A stretch of 64,000 nt of DNA from a virus. Below the pieces are notes generated by a model. The model was not told where the DNA came from and searched no databases. It was given only the letters and a program-made list of their open reading frames with translations. The stretch lies in IMG/VR virus record IMGVR_UViG_3300018080_008375, positions 1 to 64,000 of that record; one strand, given 5' to 3'. Made by a program: the position numbers and the translations under genes. Positions 1 to 8,216 of the stretch are shown here, in pieces (positions within the stretch are counted from its first letter, which is position 1; every line of letters starts with the position of its first letter).

Positions 1-86
1 CCGCCAGGACAGACATGCTGGCAGTTTGCGGTTTTCGTGCCGATACACCTTGGCAGGGTTAGGCGGATCAGATAGAAGGAGAGCGG

Positions 87-542
87 ATGTACCGGGATGA
101 TCTGGAAGCGGCGCATTGCCGGATAGAGAAGCTGGAAGAAGAAAAAGGTGTTTTGGAGGTGGAGGTTAAAAAGCTCAGGGGTGGAGCAAAGCCCAAAGGT
201 CCAGGCAAAACGGTTATGCTGCTTTTGCTGGGTTTTGCGCTTGGTTTGATTTCTTCGATGATTGTATGGCGCATAAACACCGAAAGGGTCGCAAGGATCA
301 AAAGAAGCGTTGCGGCAGCCAAGCTGTTCAGCAAAAAGAAAGACTGTAGGGCAAAGGTATGCCGAGAATTATGCGCCAGTACAAGAGTGTGGGACTATGG
401 GGCTTTTGGAGACATGTACGAATCCAAGGTCCAATACGAGAGCGATGTTGCCGTCGAATGCTTGTGTCGTGGCAGGGATGTTGAGAAAACTGTCAATGTG
501 TTTCCGAAAGACATGGAGCATTGCGAGTGGATAAGGAACTAA
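87..542 (+). CDS. hypothetical membrane protein (coiled coil, TM, Cys-rich C-terminus)
   Basis: 151-aa ORF with a GGAGAG RBS and one hydrophobic segment (VMLLLLGFALGLISSMIVW). Confidence 0.7.
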   Translation: MYRDDLEAAHCRIEKLEEEKGVLEVEVKKLRGGAKPKGPGKTVMLLLLGFALGLISSMIVWRINTERVARIKRSVAAAKLFSKKKDCRAKVCRELCASTRVWDYGAFGDMYESKVQYESDVAVECLCRGRDVEKTVNVFPKDMEHCEWIRN

Positions 543-550
543 TCTCAAAC

Positions 551-1372
551 ATGGGAAGGAAGATGAAGGTAGATTTTACAAAGCGCAGCCGGGAGGACAC
601 GGCGCGCCTGGCTGCGAGGTACTGGGGCGGGTTCATCCGGAAGCACGTGTCCGGATTCGAAGTGGTGGATGGGGCGAAGCTGGAAAACCCGATGGGCGAG
701 GCGTTCTGCGGGTTCGTGGTTGAAAGCATGATCCGGAGGATAGCCGACGATCTGACTCCGGAGTTCGCGGACAGGTTCGAGCATGAACTGGCATCTGTCA
801 TCCTGAACGGGGCGGACGTCGAAGCGCACGATGGCGGGACGTTCCATCTCTGCGGGATATCCTAGGACGAACGGGGCGATTCGTTCCACTTCCACACGCA
901 CGTTGACTACCACCCCGATCGGTACCTCTTGACGGCTGTCGAGCGCGCGTGGCGGGGCGATGAAAAGAAGTTCGGGCTGGTCGGGAATGCTTTTCCGTAC
1001 AAGACGAGCATGAACATAGAGGGGAGCGGGGATCTGACGCGCGTAATGATTCGAGAAGGGTACAGCGCCGGGTCAATGATCCTCCTGGAAGTTTGGGAGG
1101 ACGGCGTTCTCGATACGAAAGTGCCCGAGTTCTCAAAGAACTCTCAGTGGCTGTGGGACCGCGGATATACGTATGTCAGCCATTTCGAGTGCCCGGATTT
1201 GGGCAACAACGGCTATTACAGCGACGGCGTCACATGGATCAGGGCTGGCCACATAAGCCTGTTGCAGCACAACAGGGCACATGAGGATTTCGTGTTGGAA
1301 ATCGAAGACGCTGAGAGTTGGCAGGGAGTAAATTGGGAGCAGGTTCGCGAAGACATTCTTGGGGACCATTAG
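551..1372 (+). pseudogene. phage hypothetical gene interrupted by an in-frame TAG (863-865)
   Basis: ORFs 521-865 and 929-1372 share a frame with one TAG between them; the sequence reads on as DERGDSFHFHTHVDYHPDRYLL...FPYKTSMNI. Confidence 0.6.
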
Positions 1373-1377
1373 TTCAG

Positions 1378-2202
1378 ATGAAAGAGTTTACGGGTCATCC
1401 AAATGTGTCCAAAGATGAGGCGATTCGTCTTCGAATCGAAGAACGCAGACCTGTATCAGAGATAGTGAAAATTCTTGGAAAACCAAAGAGCACGGTTTAT
1501 CAGTGGCTCAAGGATTACCCCCTATCCGAAACTGAATTGCTTACACGGAAAATTGATGCCGCTAAAAAGCAAGTTCGCGGCCCTAGGAAACTGAAAGGTA
1601 ATCCTTCCAAGTTCTACGCAGCGGTGGAGTTTTCAGATTTAGGGCGCAATAGGAAGGCTAAAGTTGCTGAGGCAGCTGTTTTGTTTAGGCTAGTTCTTCA
1701 TGGTTTTGATGTGTATGGGCGCGTTTTTGACGGTCAGAAAGCGGATTGGGTGGTTGAAGGACAGAAAGTCCAAGTTCGGTTTGCGCGTTGGTGTAAGTAT
1801 GGAACTCCGATTGTTAGTTTGCGATGCGGCGGTGGTTCCAGAAATCATAGGGGAAAGCGGCGTTTTGAGGATGGGGAGTTCGATGTGTTGGTGGGTTATG
1901 ATCTATATACAGATACAGCTTTTGTGTGGAGATGGGATGAACTCACACATTTACAGACGGCTGTTTCAGCTTCAGAGGAAGCAGCTGAAGCATGGCATAA
2001 GTTGAGACCCATTAGCCTAGTGAAAGATGCCAATACCACATGTGGCTCGCAAGAAAGGAAAGGCAATGCCGCTATACAAGGTGAAGCTGAAACGGTGCGT
2101 GACGCAGTTTGCGCACGTGACGGTAAGGGCGCACGACAAAGGTCAGGCTATGCTGGTGAACCAGAAGCTCCTGTTTGCTGTACCAACAAAGTGGAGCCAT
2201 GA
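1378..2202 (+). CDS. PD-(D/E)XK homing endonuclease with N-terminal HTH (group I intron-associated PDDEXK_5-like)
   Basis: HTH (SEIVKILGKPKSTVYQWL), then KAKVAEAAV...ADWVV...KVQVR...FDVLVGY; lower GC than neighbours. The tail overlaps the next gene. Confidence 0.7.
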   Translation: MKEFTGHPNVSKDEAIRLRIEERRPVSEIVKILGKPKSTVYQWLKDYPLSETELLTRKIDAAKKQVRGPRKLKGNPSKFYAAVEFSDLGRNRKAKVAEAAVLFRLVLHGFDVYGRVFDGQKADWVVEGQKVQVRFARWCKYGTPIVSLRCGGGSRNHRGKRRFEDGEFDVLVGYDLYTDTAFVWRWDELTHLQTAVSASEEAAEAWHKLRPISLVKDANTTCGSQERKGNAAIQGEAETVRDAVCARDGKGARQRSGYAGEPEAPVCCTNKVEP

Positions 2203-2425
2203 GAAGGTTGACGAACCGTACGTGTCGGAAGTTTCAGATGCCGACGATACCGACGGCGTTGATGCGGACCTGGTGATGTGCGGGCCGATGAAGAAGTTTA
2301 AGATAGAATTCAGGCAGGGGCTCAGCGGCGGGCGCAAGGCCGCTATTGAGGTGGAGGCGGAAAGTCTACAGCACGCCCATGAAATTGCCAACAACATGAA
2401 CATAATCAGGGTGCGTGAAATATAA
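2066..2425 (+). CDS. hypothetical protein, paralog of 2604-3140
   Basis: AGGAAAGG RBS; N-terminus MPLYKVKLKR...VTVRAHDK resembles MPKFKVKLTR...VVVEAHDK. Confidence 0.7.
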   Translation: MPLYKVKLKRCVTQFAHVTVRAHDKGQAMLVNQKLLFAVPTKWSHEKVDEPYVSEVSDADDTDGVDADLVMCGPMKKFKIEFRQGLSGGRKAAIEVEAESLQHAHEIANNMNIIRVREI

Positions 2426-2434
2426 GGGGCGCGG

Positions 2435-2623
2435 ATGAACGATTTGAAGCCCGAGGAGCTGGTCGAGCTTTGTGACCACTTCTACAAGAGCGGGTCGAAG
2501 CCGGAAGCCCTGGGGGCGTTCCTGGGCAGGCTCATGAGCATTCCGGGCGGCTGGCAATGCATCGGCGGGGCTGCTGATTTTCTGAGGAAGAAAGGAAAGA
2601 AAGATGCCAAAGTTCAAGGTTAA
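2435..2623 (+). CDS. hypothetical protein
   Basis: Short ORF with RBS, packed in an operon. Confidence 0.55.
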   Translation: MNDLKPEELVELCDHFYKSGSKPEALGAFLGRLMSIPGGWQCIGGAADFLRKKGKKDAKVQG

Positions 2624-3140
2624 GCTGACCAGACCCCGGAAGGAAGAAGCCGAGGTGGTGGTGGAGGCCCATGACAAGAACATGGCGCGCCAGCACGCCC
2701 TCCGGCAGATGCGCGAAGACAAGGTTGAGCCGGAGTGGAAGCCGTGCGACGAGGCAGTCGGAGGGTGTGGTTCAGTGGTCAACATCTCGTCGGTGAGGAA
2801 GAGCGACGAGGCGGGGGAGCCGGACGTGAAGGTTCCGCACCTGCCGCCGAAGGAGTTCGTGATCAGGGTAGGGTACAAGGAATACTACGAGTGCGAGGCC
2901 AACATTCTGGTGAAAGCCGAGAACATCGAAGAGGCGTGGTTGATCGCCAACAGCCTGGAGTACGAGGATCTGGACCGGTACGATTATGATGAGGTCAGGA
3001 GCGAACCGAGCGACTGCGAAGTCTATAATGTCGATCCGCTGCACAAGGACGAGGAAGACGACAAGCTGCAGCCGCTGAAGCCTGGGAAGTGGCAGAAGAC
3101 TTTTGAAAAACTAAGGAAGCGACTGGGAAAGAGGAAGTAA
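2604..3140 (+). CDS. hypothetical protein with repeated 'V.VEA...EA' domains
   Basis: 178-aa ORF with two similar beta-alpha modules. Confidence 0.7.
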   Translation: MPKFKVKLTRPRKEEAEVVVEAHDKNMARQHALRQMREDKVEPEWKPCDEAVGGCGSVVNISSVRKSDEAGEPDVKVPHLPPKEFVIRVGYKEYYECEANILVKAENIEEAWLIANSLEYEDLDRYDYDEVRSEPSDCEVYNVDPLHKDEEDDKLQPLKPGKWQKTFEKLRKRLGKRK

Positions 3141-3181
3141 TGACAAAATGATTTTTTGTTTTTTGGAGCGGGAGTGAAAAA

Positions 3182-3253
3182 GGTCCTGTCGTCTAGCGGC
3201 TAGGATACAAGGTCCTCAACCTTGAGACGGGAGTTCGATTCTCCCCAGGGTCA
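3182..3253 (+). tRNA. tRNA-Glu(CTC), C at position 33
   Basis: Acceptor GGTCCTG/CAGGGTC; anticodon arm CAAGG-TCCTCAA-CCTTG; T loop TTCGATT. Confidence 0.9.
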
Positions 3254-3330
3254 CAATAAAAACGGCTATCTATCAGTATTCTACCATTATGTTGCGTCAC
3301 ATTAAACGGTGGTTCGACGGAGGTAGAATA

Positions 3331-3996
3331 ATGAGAAAAAAGTGGACCGATAATCAGCTGGTCAAAGCAGTAGCTTCTGGATGCTGTATGGCCGACGTAC
3401 TTAGGGCTCTTAATATAGTACGGTCCGGAAATACAATGCGTCTTGTACGCAAGCACATTGACAGGCTTGGTTTAAAAACATGTCATTGGGTTCGACCAAG
3501 AAGAAAGGCTGTAAGAATATCCGACGTTCCCATAGCCGATATGTTTGTGATAAACAGCGAGTTTTCCAAGGAATCGATACGCAGGCGGGTTAAAAAGGAA
3601 AATTTGCTCCCATACGAATGCTTTGAATGCGAGTTAATAGAATGGCGCGGAAGCAAAATATCGCTCCAGTTGGATCATATTAATGGCAACAGGCGCGACA
3701 ACAGGCTGCAGAACCTTAGATGGTTATGTCCGAATTGTCATAGTCTGACGCCGACATGGGGAACTAAGTCAAGAAAGAAGGAAGATAAATATTGTGTCGA
3801 CTGCGGTTGTAAAATATCGCATAGGTCGACACGATGTCGCATTTGCGCCAATAGGTGTTTTCCAAATCAGACGAAGATAGAGTGGCCTCCTACTAGTGAG
3901 CTCGTCAGGATGGTCAAGGAAACATCATTTGTTGCCGTCGCACGCAAGCTGGGCGTATCAGATAACGCTGTTAGGAAGAGAATAAAGAATCACTAG
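3331..3996 (+). CDS. HNH homing endonuclease
   Basis: LQLDHINGNRRDNRLQNLRWLCPNCHS motif, Zn ribbon and C-terminal HTH; AT-rich; its stop overlaps the next tRNA. Confidence 0.9.
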   Translation: MRKKWTDNQLVKAVASGCCMADVLRALNIVRSGNTMRLVRKHIDRLGLKTCHWVRPRRKAVRISDVPIADMFVINSEFSKESIRRRVKKENLLPYECFECELIEWRGSKISLQLDHINGNRRDNRLQNLRWLCPNCHSLTPTWGTKSRKKEDKYCVDCGCKISHRSTRCRICANRCFPNQTKIEWPPTSELVRMVKETSFVAVARKLGVSDNAVRKRIKNH

Positions 3997-4067
3997 GGTC
4001 CGTAGTGTCAATGTAGCATCCCGGCCTCTTAAGCCGGTGGGTGGAAGTTCAAGTCTTCCCGGGCCCA
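3996..4067 (+). tRNA. tRNA-Lys(CTT)
   Basis: Acceptor GGGTCCG/CGGGCCC; anticodon arm CCGGC-CTCTTAA-GCCGG. Confidence 0.9.
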
Positions 4068-4068
4068 C

Positions 4069-4314
4069 ATGGAAAGACGATTCGTATGCCCGAACTGCAA
4101 GTGCGTCGTCCAGCCTCCCGTGGCGGAGTTCTCGGGGTGGGTGGCGAGAAGGGGCGGAATGAACTCCAAGCATGTTTTCGAGGTGTATCCGGACCCGTCA
4201 GGTCAGTTCTTTTCCATATGCTGGGATTATGGAGAAGACAGGCGCGGGTGGGGCGACACGCCGGAAGCCGCAGCCATGAGCCTCAAGCTCGGTCTGGAAG
4301 AAGGGCGGTTTTGA
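4069..4314 (+). CDS. hypothetical Zn-ribbon protein
   Basis: CPNC motif; starts right after the tRNA. Confidence 0.6.
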   Translation: MERRFVCPNCKCVVQPPVAEFSGWVARRGGMNSKHVFEVYPDPSGQFFSICWDYGEDRRGWGDTPEAAAMSLKLGLEEGRF

Positions 4315-4315
4315 C

Positions 4316-4522
4316 ATGATGGCAAAAAAGAGCAAGGACTTTCTGAAGCACTGGTTCAATGTCGGGAAGGACAGCGGAAAGAGCACGATGTTCCTGGTGC
4401 GGTCCACCCTGACCGGGAACGTCATGGCCTTCTACGACGACGAGCCGGGCGGGAGCTTTGAGACAATCGGCAGGTACGACCTGTCCAAGCCGTTCGGAAA
4501 GCAAGATGGGAAGGCGATCTGA
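4316..4522 (+). CDS. hypothetical protein, paralog of 5745-5987
   Basis: Shared pattern WFN.G...G...M.LVR ... YDL...F..Q. Confidence 0.65.
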   Translation: MMAKKSKDFLKHWFNVGKDSGKSTMFLVRSTLTGNVMAFYDDEPGGSFETIGRYDLSKPFGKQDGKAI

Positions 4523-5027
4523 CCGCGACAGGCGCGCCATGAGGGATGCCATGGGGCACTCTTTCAGGCGCAAGAGGCACGCATCCAAAAGGCTGAAGGA
4601 GAGGGCGGGTCCGTCCGTGGACTTCGACGCCTTCCGCAAGATGGTGCTGGACGACCGGGAGTTCGAGTTCGTGGTCAAGGCTGGCGGTGGATCCGATCTA
4701 TGCTACGCCGAATACGAGGGCAAGGACGTCTACTTCATCATGAAGCACGGGAGCGGCGGCAGGAGCAGGGAGATAGCGACCGTGCTGACAAAGGCGATGG
4801 CGACCGAAAGCTTCCCTAAGGCGTTTGTACACATAACGCATCCCCATCTTGAGATGCTGAAGCGCGCAAGGGAGACGGCGGGGAGAAACAGGCGGCTGGA
4901 GAGCCTGAACAGCAACCTTCTGGAAGAGAAAAAGGATCTGCAGCGCAAAATAAGCCAAATGGCAAACGAGCGCCACCGCCTGAAAGAGCTGATAGACGGC
5001 ATAAGGGTGTGGTTTAGTTTGAAATAG
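4506..5027 (+). CDS. hypothetical protein with C-terminal coiled coil
   Basis: ORF overlaps the previous stop; HA..RL.ER...IATVLT pattern is weakly RelE-like. Confidence 0.6.
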   Translation: MGRRSDRDRRAMRDAMGHSFRRKRHASKRLKERAGPSVDFDAFRKMVLDDREFEFVVKAGGGSDLCYAEYEGKDVYFIMKHGSGGRSREIATVLTKAMATESFPKAFVHITHPHLEMLKRARETAGRNRRLESLNSNLLEEKKDLQRKISQMANERHRLKELIDGIRVWFSLK

Positions 5028-5102
5028 TCGGGTGTAGCTCAATCGGAAGAGCGGCGGGCTCTGACCCCGCGTCTGTTGGAAGTTCGAACCCTCCCACCCG
5101 AG
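5028..5102 (+). tRNA. tRNA-Gln(CTG)
   Basis: Acceptor TCGGGTG/CACCCGA with G73; anticodon arm GCGGG-CTCTGAC-CCCGC. Confidence 0.88.
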
Positions 5103-5603
5103 CTTGTGATGCTGGTCATGCCATCGTGTATCTCGGCATGGCAGTTTGCGCATACTAGGGCGCATTTTTTGAGTTCTTTCTCAACTCTCGCCCATGATAG
5201 TGTTGATCCGCTACTGATGCGGAATTTTTTGGATGTCGGATCCAAGTGGTGAAAAACAAGTGCTTTTGCGCACCGTTTGTACCCGCATACTATACACTTG
5301 CCGCCTTTGTGTTTTATTGCCTTGAGTTTTTGACGGCGGCGGAACGAGGCAACTGCTTTTTTATTGCTGCTCGGTTTTTTTTTTGCTGTGCTTTCGTGCG
5401 CGCGACGATGTAAGACATGCTTTGGAGCAGTATGTTAAACTTGAGGAATATGGTTTTCCGCATAGTTTACAGGTGTTTTCCGGTTTTCGTTTGGGCGATT
5501 TTCTGTTATTGTATGATGCGGCGCATGACCTTGAGCAGAATTTCGGATTGTGCGTTTTTCGCCCGCAAGTAAGACATTTCGTCATAATAATCTCCTTTGT
5601 CAT
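5039..5603 (-). pseudogene. HNH endonuclease split by a frameshift in an A10 run
   Basis: The N-terminal Zn-finger ORF (5361-5603) joins KAVASFRRRQKLKAIKHKGGKCIVCGY...FHHLDP...CALVCANCHAEIH if the T10 run at 5375-5384 were T9. Confidence 0.8.
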
Positions 5604-5617
5604 AACATATCAGGAAT

Positions 5618-5740
5618 TCCAGGGTAGTTCAAGGGTAGAACGGGCGGCTGTGGGCATTTCTGCGGCTCAGATAATAGGGCAGGTCGGCACTGCCAATGCT
5701 ACTAACCGCCAAGTTGGGGGTTCGAGTCCTCCCCCTGGAG
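5618..5740 (+). tRNA. tRNA-Asn(GTT) with a 51-nt insertion in the anticodon
   Basis: Acceptor TCCAGGG/CCCTGGA with G73; GGCGG-CTGT[5652-5702]TAA-CCGCC; normal D and T arms. Confidence 0.85.
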
Positions 5741-5744
5741 CAAA

Positions 5745-5987
5745 ATGACGACGACAGAGCAGGCTCTCGAATGGTTCAATGAGGGCGAGGAAAAGGGCAT
5801 GGACTGGATGCTCCTGGTGCGCAACGCGCAGACATGCCATGTCATGCCGGTGTACGTGTCGCCTAACAGGAGCCTAGACAGGGAGCTGCCGAAATGGCGG
5901 AAGATCTACAGGGTGATTGCCGTGTATGATTTGAATCGAGGGTTCAGCAGGCAGTCCGATTCATGGAAGACGGACATTTGGCTGTAG
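5745..5987 (+). CDS. hypothetical protein, paralog of 4316-4522
   Basis: See paralog. Confidence 0.65.
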   Translation: MTTTEQALEWFNEGEEKGMDWMLLVRNAQTCHVMPVYVSPNRSLDRELPKWRKIYRVIAVYDLNRGFSRQSDSWKTDIWL

Positions 5988-6014
5988 AAACGAAAGTGAG
6001 AAAGAAGCAAAAGG

Positions 6015-6087
6015 CGGGGAGTAGGGCATTGGATGACCCGCTCGGTTCGGGACCGAGACCAAGCTGGTTCGATTCCAGTCTCCCCGA
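6015..6087 (+). tRNA. tRNA-Pro(CGG)
   Basis: Acceptor CGGGGAG/CTCCCCG; anticodon arm CTCGG-TTCGGGA-CCGAG. Confidence 0.9.
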
Positions 6088-6104
6088 CGGGAAAGGGAAG
6101 AAAG

Positions 6105-6437
6105 ATGGACATAGACAAGGATCTTGAAAACGCCTGTATCGTTGTTGCCGGCATCAACGAGCAAATGCGCGTTATCATGGAAGGCATTAGCAGCAAGGCT
6201 GAAGGCACGATTTTTGGCACGACGCTCCATATAGAGCATGTTCCTGGAAGCTACACGACCATCATGGCCGGCGACGAGGTAATGTGGGACTCCGAGGACG
6301 AGAACGACGAGGGCGACAGTTCGTACGAGGCGATGCGCACGCATATCGAAAAGCGGATGCGCGAGCTGCTGGCCGCCGTAAGGACCATGAATGCTGCGTT
6401 CAGGGGAAGGCAGAGAGAGCGGGCGGTGCTGCCATGA
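6105..6437 (+). CDS. hypothetical protein
   Basis: ATG after a purine-rich RBS. Confidence 0.65.
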   Translation: MDIDKDLENACIVVAGINEQMRVIMEGISSKAEGTIFGTTLHIEHVPGSYTTIMAGDEVMWDSEDENDEGDSSYEAMRTHIEKRMRELLAAVRTMNAAFRGRQRERAVLP

Positions 6438-6510
6438 GGCGTCTTCTGTGGATAGCCATGATTGGAATCGGCCTGTGGGCATCGATGCGGGCATGCGCGG
6501 AGATCGTGAT

Positions 6511-6768
6511 ATGAGTTCCACCGCTGGATTCCTGATGACGCCAAGGGACTTGGAGAACGAGTTCAACAAGGTCAAGGACCTTCTGCTTGCGCATTTGAAA
6601 GAAGAAGGATATGTTTCCGGCGAGGATGCGGAAGACCTCATGCTCACGAGGCAGGTTCTTCTGAAAAAGCCCAGTCTTATTTCGGGACTATACAACCACA
6701 TACTTGGAAAGACTGCGGATACTCGTAGGTTCATGATTGTCAAGGGGCGAGGGCAAGAAAGAGAATAA
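6511..6768 (+). CDS. hypothetical protein
   Basis: ORF in operon. Confidence 0.55.
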   Translation: MSSTAGFLMTPRDLENEFNKVKDLLLAHLKEEGYVSGEDAEDLMLTRQVLLKKPSLISGLYNHILGKTADTRRFMIVKGRGQERE

Positions 6769-6778
6769 AGAATAAGCC

Positions 6779-7387
6779 ATGCCCGTCACCGAGGAGTTTG
6801 TGAACAAGCATCGCGATGTTTTGGAGCGGCTCTCCGATCGCCAGATAGGTCGCCTGATCGGAAAGGGGTGCTGGGGGTCCGTGTTTGAGACGGATTCTCG
6901 CAGCCTGGTTGTGAAAATCACGAAGGACTGGGAAGAGGTTCGTGCGGCAAAAATTGTTGATGATCTGAGATCTTCAGGCATATTGCTCCCAGGTCTGGTC
7001 GATATCTGCGTTGCCCACAAGCTCGACGGCATAGACGACGACGGCGAGGACGTGTACGTGATCGTGCGCGAAAGGGTGAATATGCTGCCGCCGTTTGACG
7101 AGCGCCAGAAGCTGCCGCTCGAAGAGCGGCTGGTGTACGAGGACCTTGACGAGGATCTTTATGTCCTGGATGAGCGGCAGGCGTACTGCGGAGACGACGC
7201 ACTGAACGCCATGGCTTCCCTGTATTCCAGGGCTCCGCATCTGGCGGCGACCATCCTGGAGCTTGAGTCGCGCGGGCACAGGCTGGCGGACATGGACATC
7301 TCGAATGTTGGCATTGCGAGCAATAGCAGGTTCGGCGCGCCGGAGGGCAGCTTCGTAATGTTCGACATGTCGTTTTCATCCGGTTAA
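6779..7387 (+). CDS. protein kinase-like (Ser/Thr kinase or APH fold)
   Basis: Gly-rich loop IGKGCWGSVF, VVKIT Lys, catalytic LADMDISNVG and VMFD. Confidence 0.65.
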   Translation: MPVTEEFVNKHRDVLERLSDRQIGRLIGKGCWGSVFETDSRSLVVKITKDWEEVRAAKIVDDLRSSGILLPGLVDICVAHKLDGIDDDGEDVYVIVRERVNMLPPFDERQKLPLEERLVYEDLDEDLYVLDERQAYCGDDALNAMASLYSRAPHLAATILELESRGHRLADMDISNVGIASNSRFGAPEGSFVMFDMSFSSG

Positions 7388-7391
7388 TCAT

Positions 7392-7466
7392 GGCCTCGAA
7401 GGCGAAGTGGACGAGCCACCAGCCTTTCAAGCTGGCGAATAGCGGGTTCGAGTCCCGTCGAGGTCA
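7392..7466 (+). tRNA. tRNA-Glu(TTC)
   Basis: Acceptor GGCCTCG/CGAGGTC; anticodon arm CCAGC-CTTTCAA-GCTGG. Confidence 0.9.
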
Positions 7467-7479
7467 CAAAGGAAATTGC

Positions 7480-7554
7480 GGAGCCTTGGTGTAATCCGGT
7501 AGCATTTGGCGGACTGAAAATCCGCTGGTCCCGGTTCAAATCCGGGGGGCTCCA
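7480..7554 (+). tRNA. tRNA-Phe(GAA)
   Basis: Acceptor GGAGCCT/GGGCTCC; anticodon arm GCGGA-CTGAAAA-TCCGC. Confidence 0.88.
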
Positions 7555-7750
7555 CGAAAGGTGCGAAGCAAGAATGGAAAAAGAAGAGTCGGCGTATTTC
7601 GACGAACTTAAGCGACATATTCTGGATATTGAGTACAAGAAAGGCGATGTCTTGAGTTTCATGATGGGGCGTGCGCGTTTTTATTTCATGGCTCCAGGTT
7701 GTTTTTCGGCGATACGGATCATCCTGTCGCAGGGGTAGACTCGGTGTAAG

Positions 7751-7972
7751 ATGGACGAACAGGTTATCGAACTGATAGAGAAGATCGGTAGGCTGAAGCT
7801 GTTGGTGGAGAGGATCCCGGACCGAGGTCACTCCATGACCTGTCCGGCGGACGACGATACGGGACATCCGTGCCCGTGTAAGTGCGGCGCTGACAGGTTC
7901 AACAACGCCGTGGAGGATGTCAAGCTGGAGCTTGGCATAGACCGCATGTCGAAACTGTTCAAGAAGAAATAG
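7751..7972 (+). CDS. hypothetical protein (Cys/His motif)
   Basis: H...CP...C.CGAD pattern. Confidence 0.6.
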   Translation: MDEQVIELIEKIGRLKLLVERIPDRGHSMTCPADDDTGHPCPCKCGADRFNNAVEDVKLELGIDRMSKLFKKK

Positions 7973-8043
7973 GGCGGTTAACTCAGTGGAAGAGTTGTGC
8001 CTTTACACGGCATTGGTCGGGGGTTCAAATCCCTCACCGCCCA
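7972..8043 (+). tRNA. tRNA-Val(TAC)
   Basis: Acceptor GGGCGGT/ACCGCCC; anticodon arm GTGCC-TTTACAC-GGCAT. Confidence 0.9.
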
Positions 8044-8050
8044 CGGGGTA

Positions 8051-8190
8051 GCCCGGTCTGTGCACAGCCGGGTCCAAGACGGTTGCCAGAGTAATTACAT
8101 ACCTCTGCTGCCTGGTAGGTGGTCCGTAAGCGGGCTGGGGCGACAAGCTGTTTTGATCAGCAGCCCGTAGCCGAAGTCAGGTCGGTCGTC
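8051..8190 (+). ncRNA. candidate structured ncRNA after tRNA-Val(TAC)
   Basis: Nested stems GCCCGG/CCGGGT, GACGGTTG/CGGTCGTC, CAGAG/CTCTG and CGGGCTG/CAGCCCG in a gap with no plausible gene. Confidence 0.45.
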
Positions 8191-8216
8191 GCTTTTTAGA
8201 AAGAAAGGAAGCCTGG

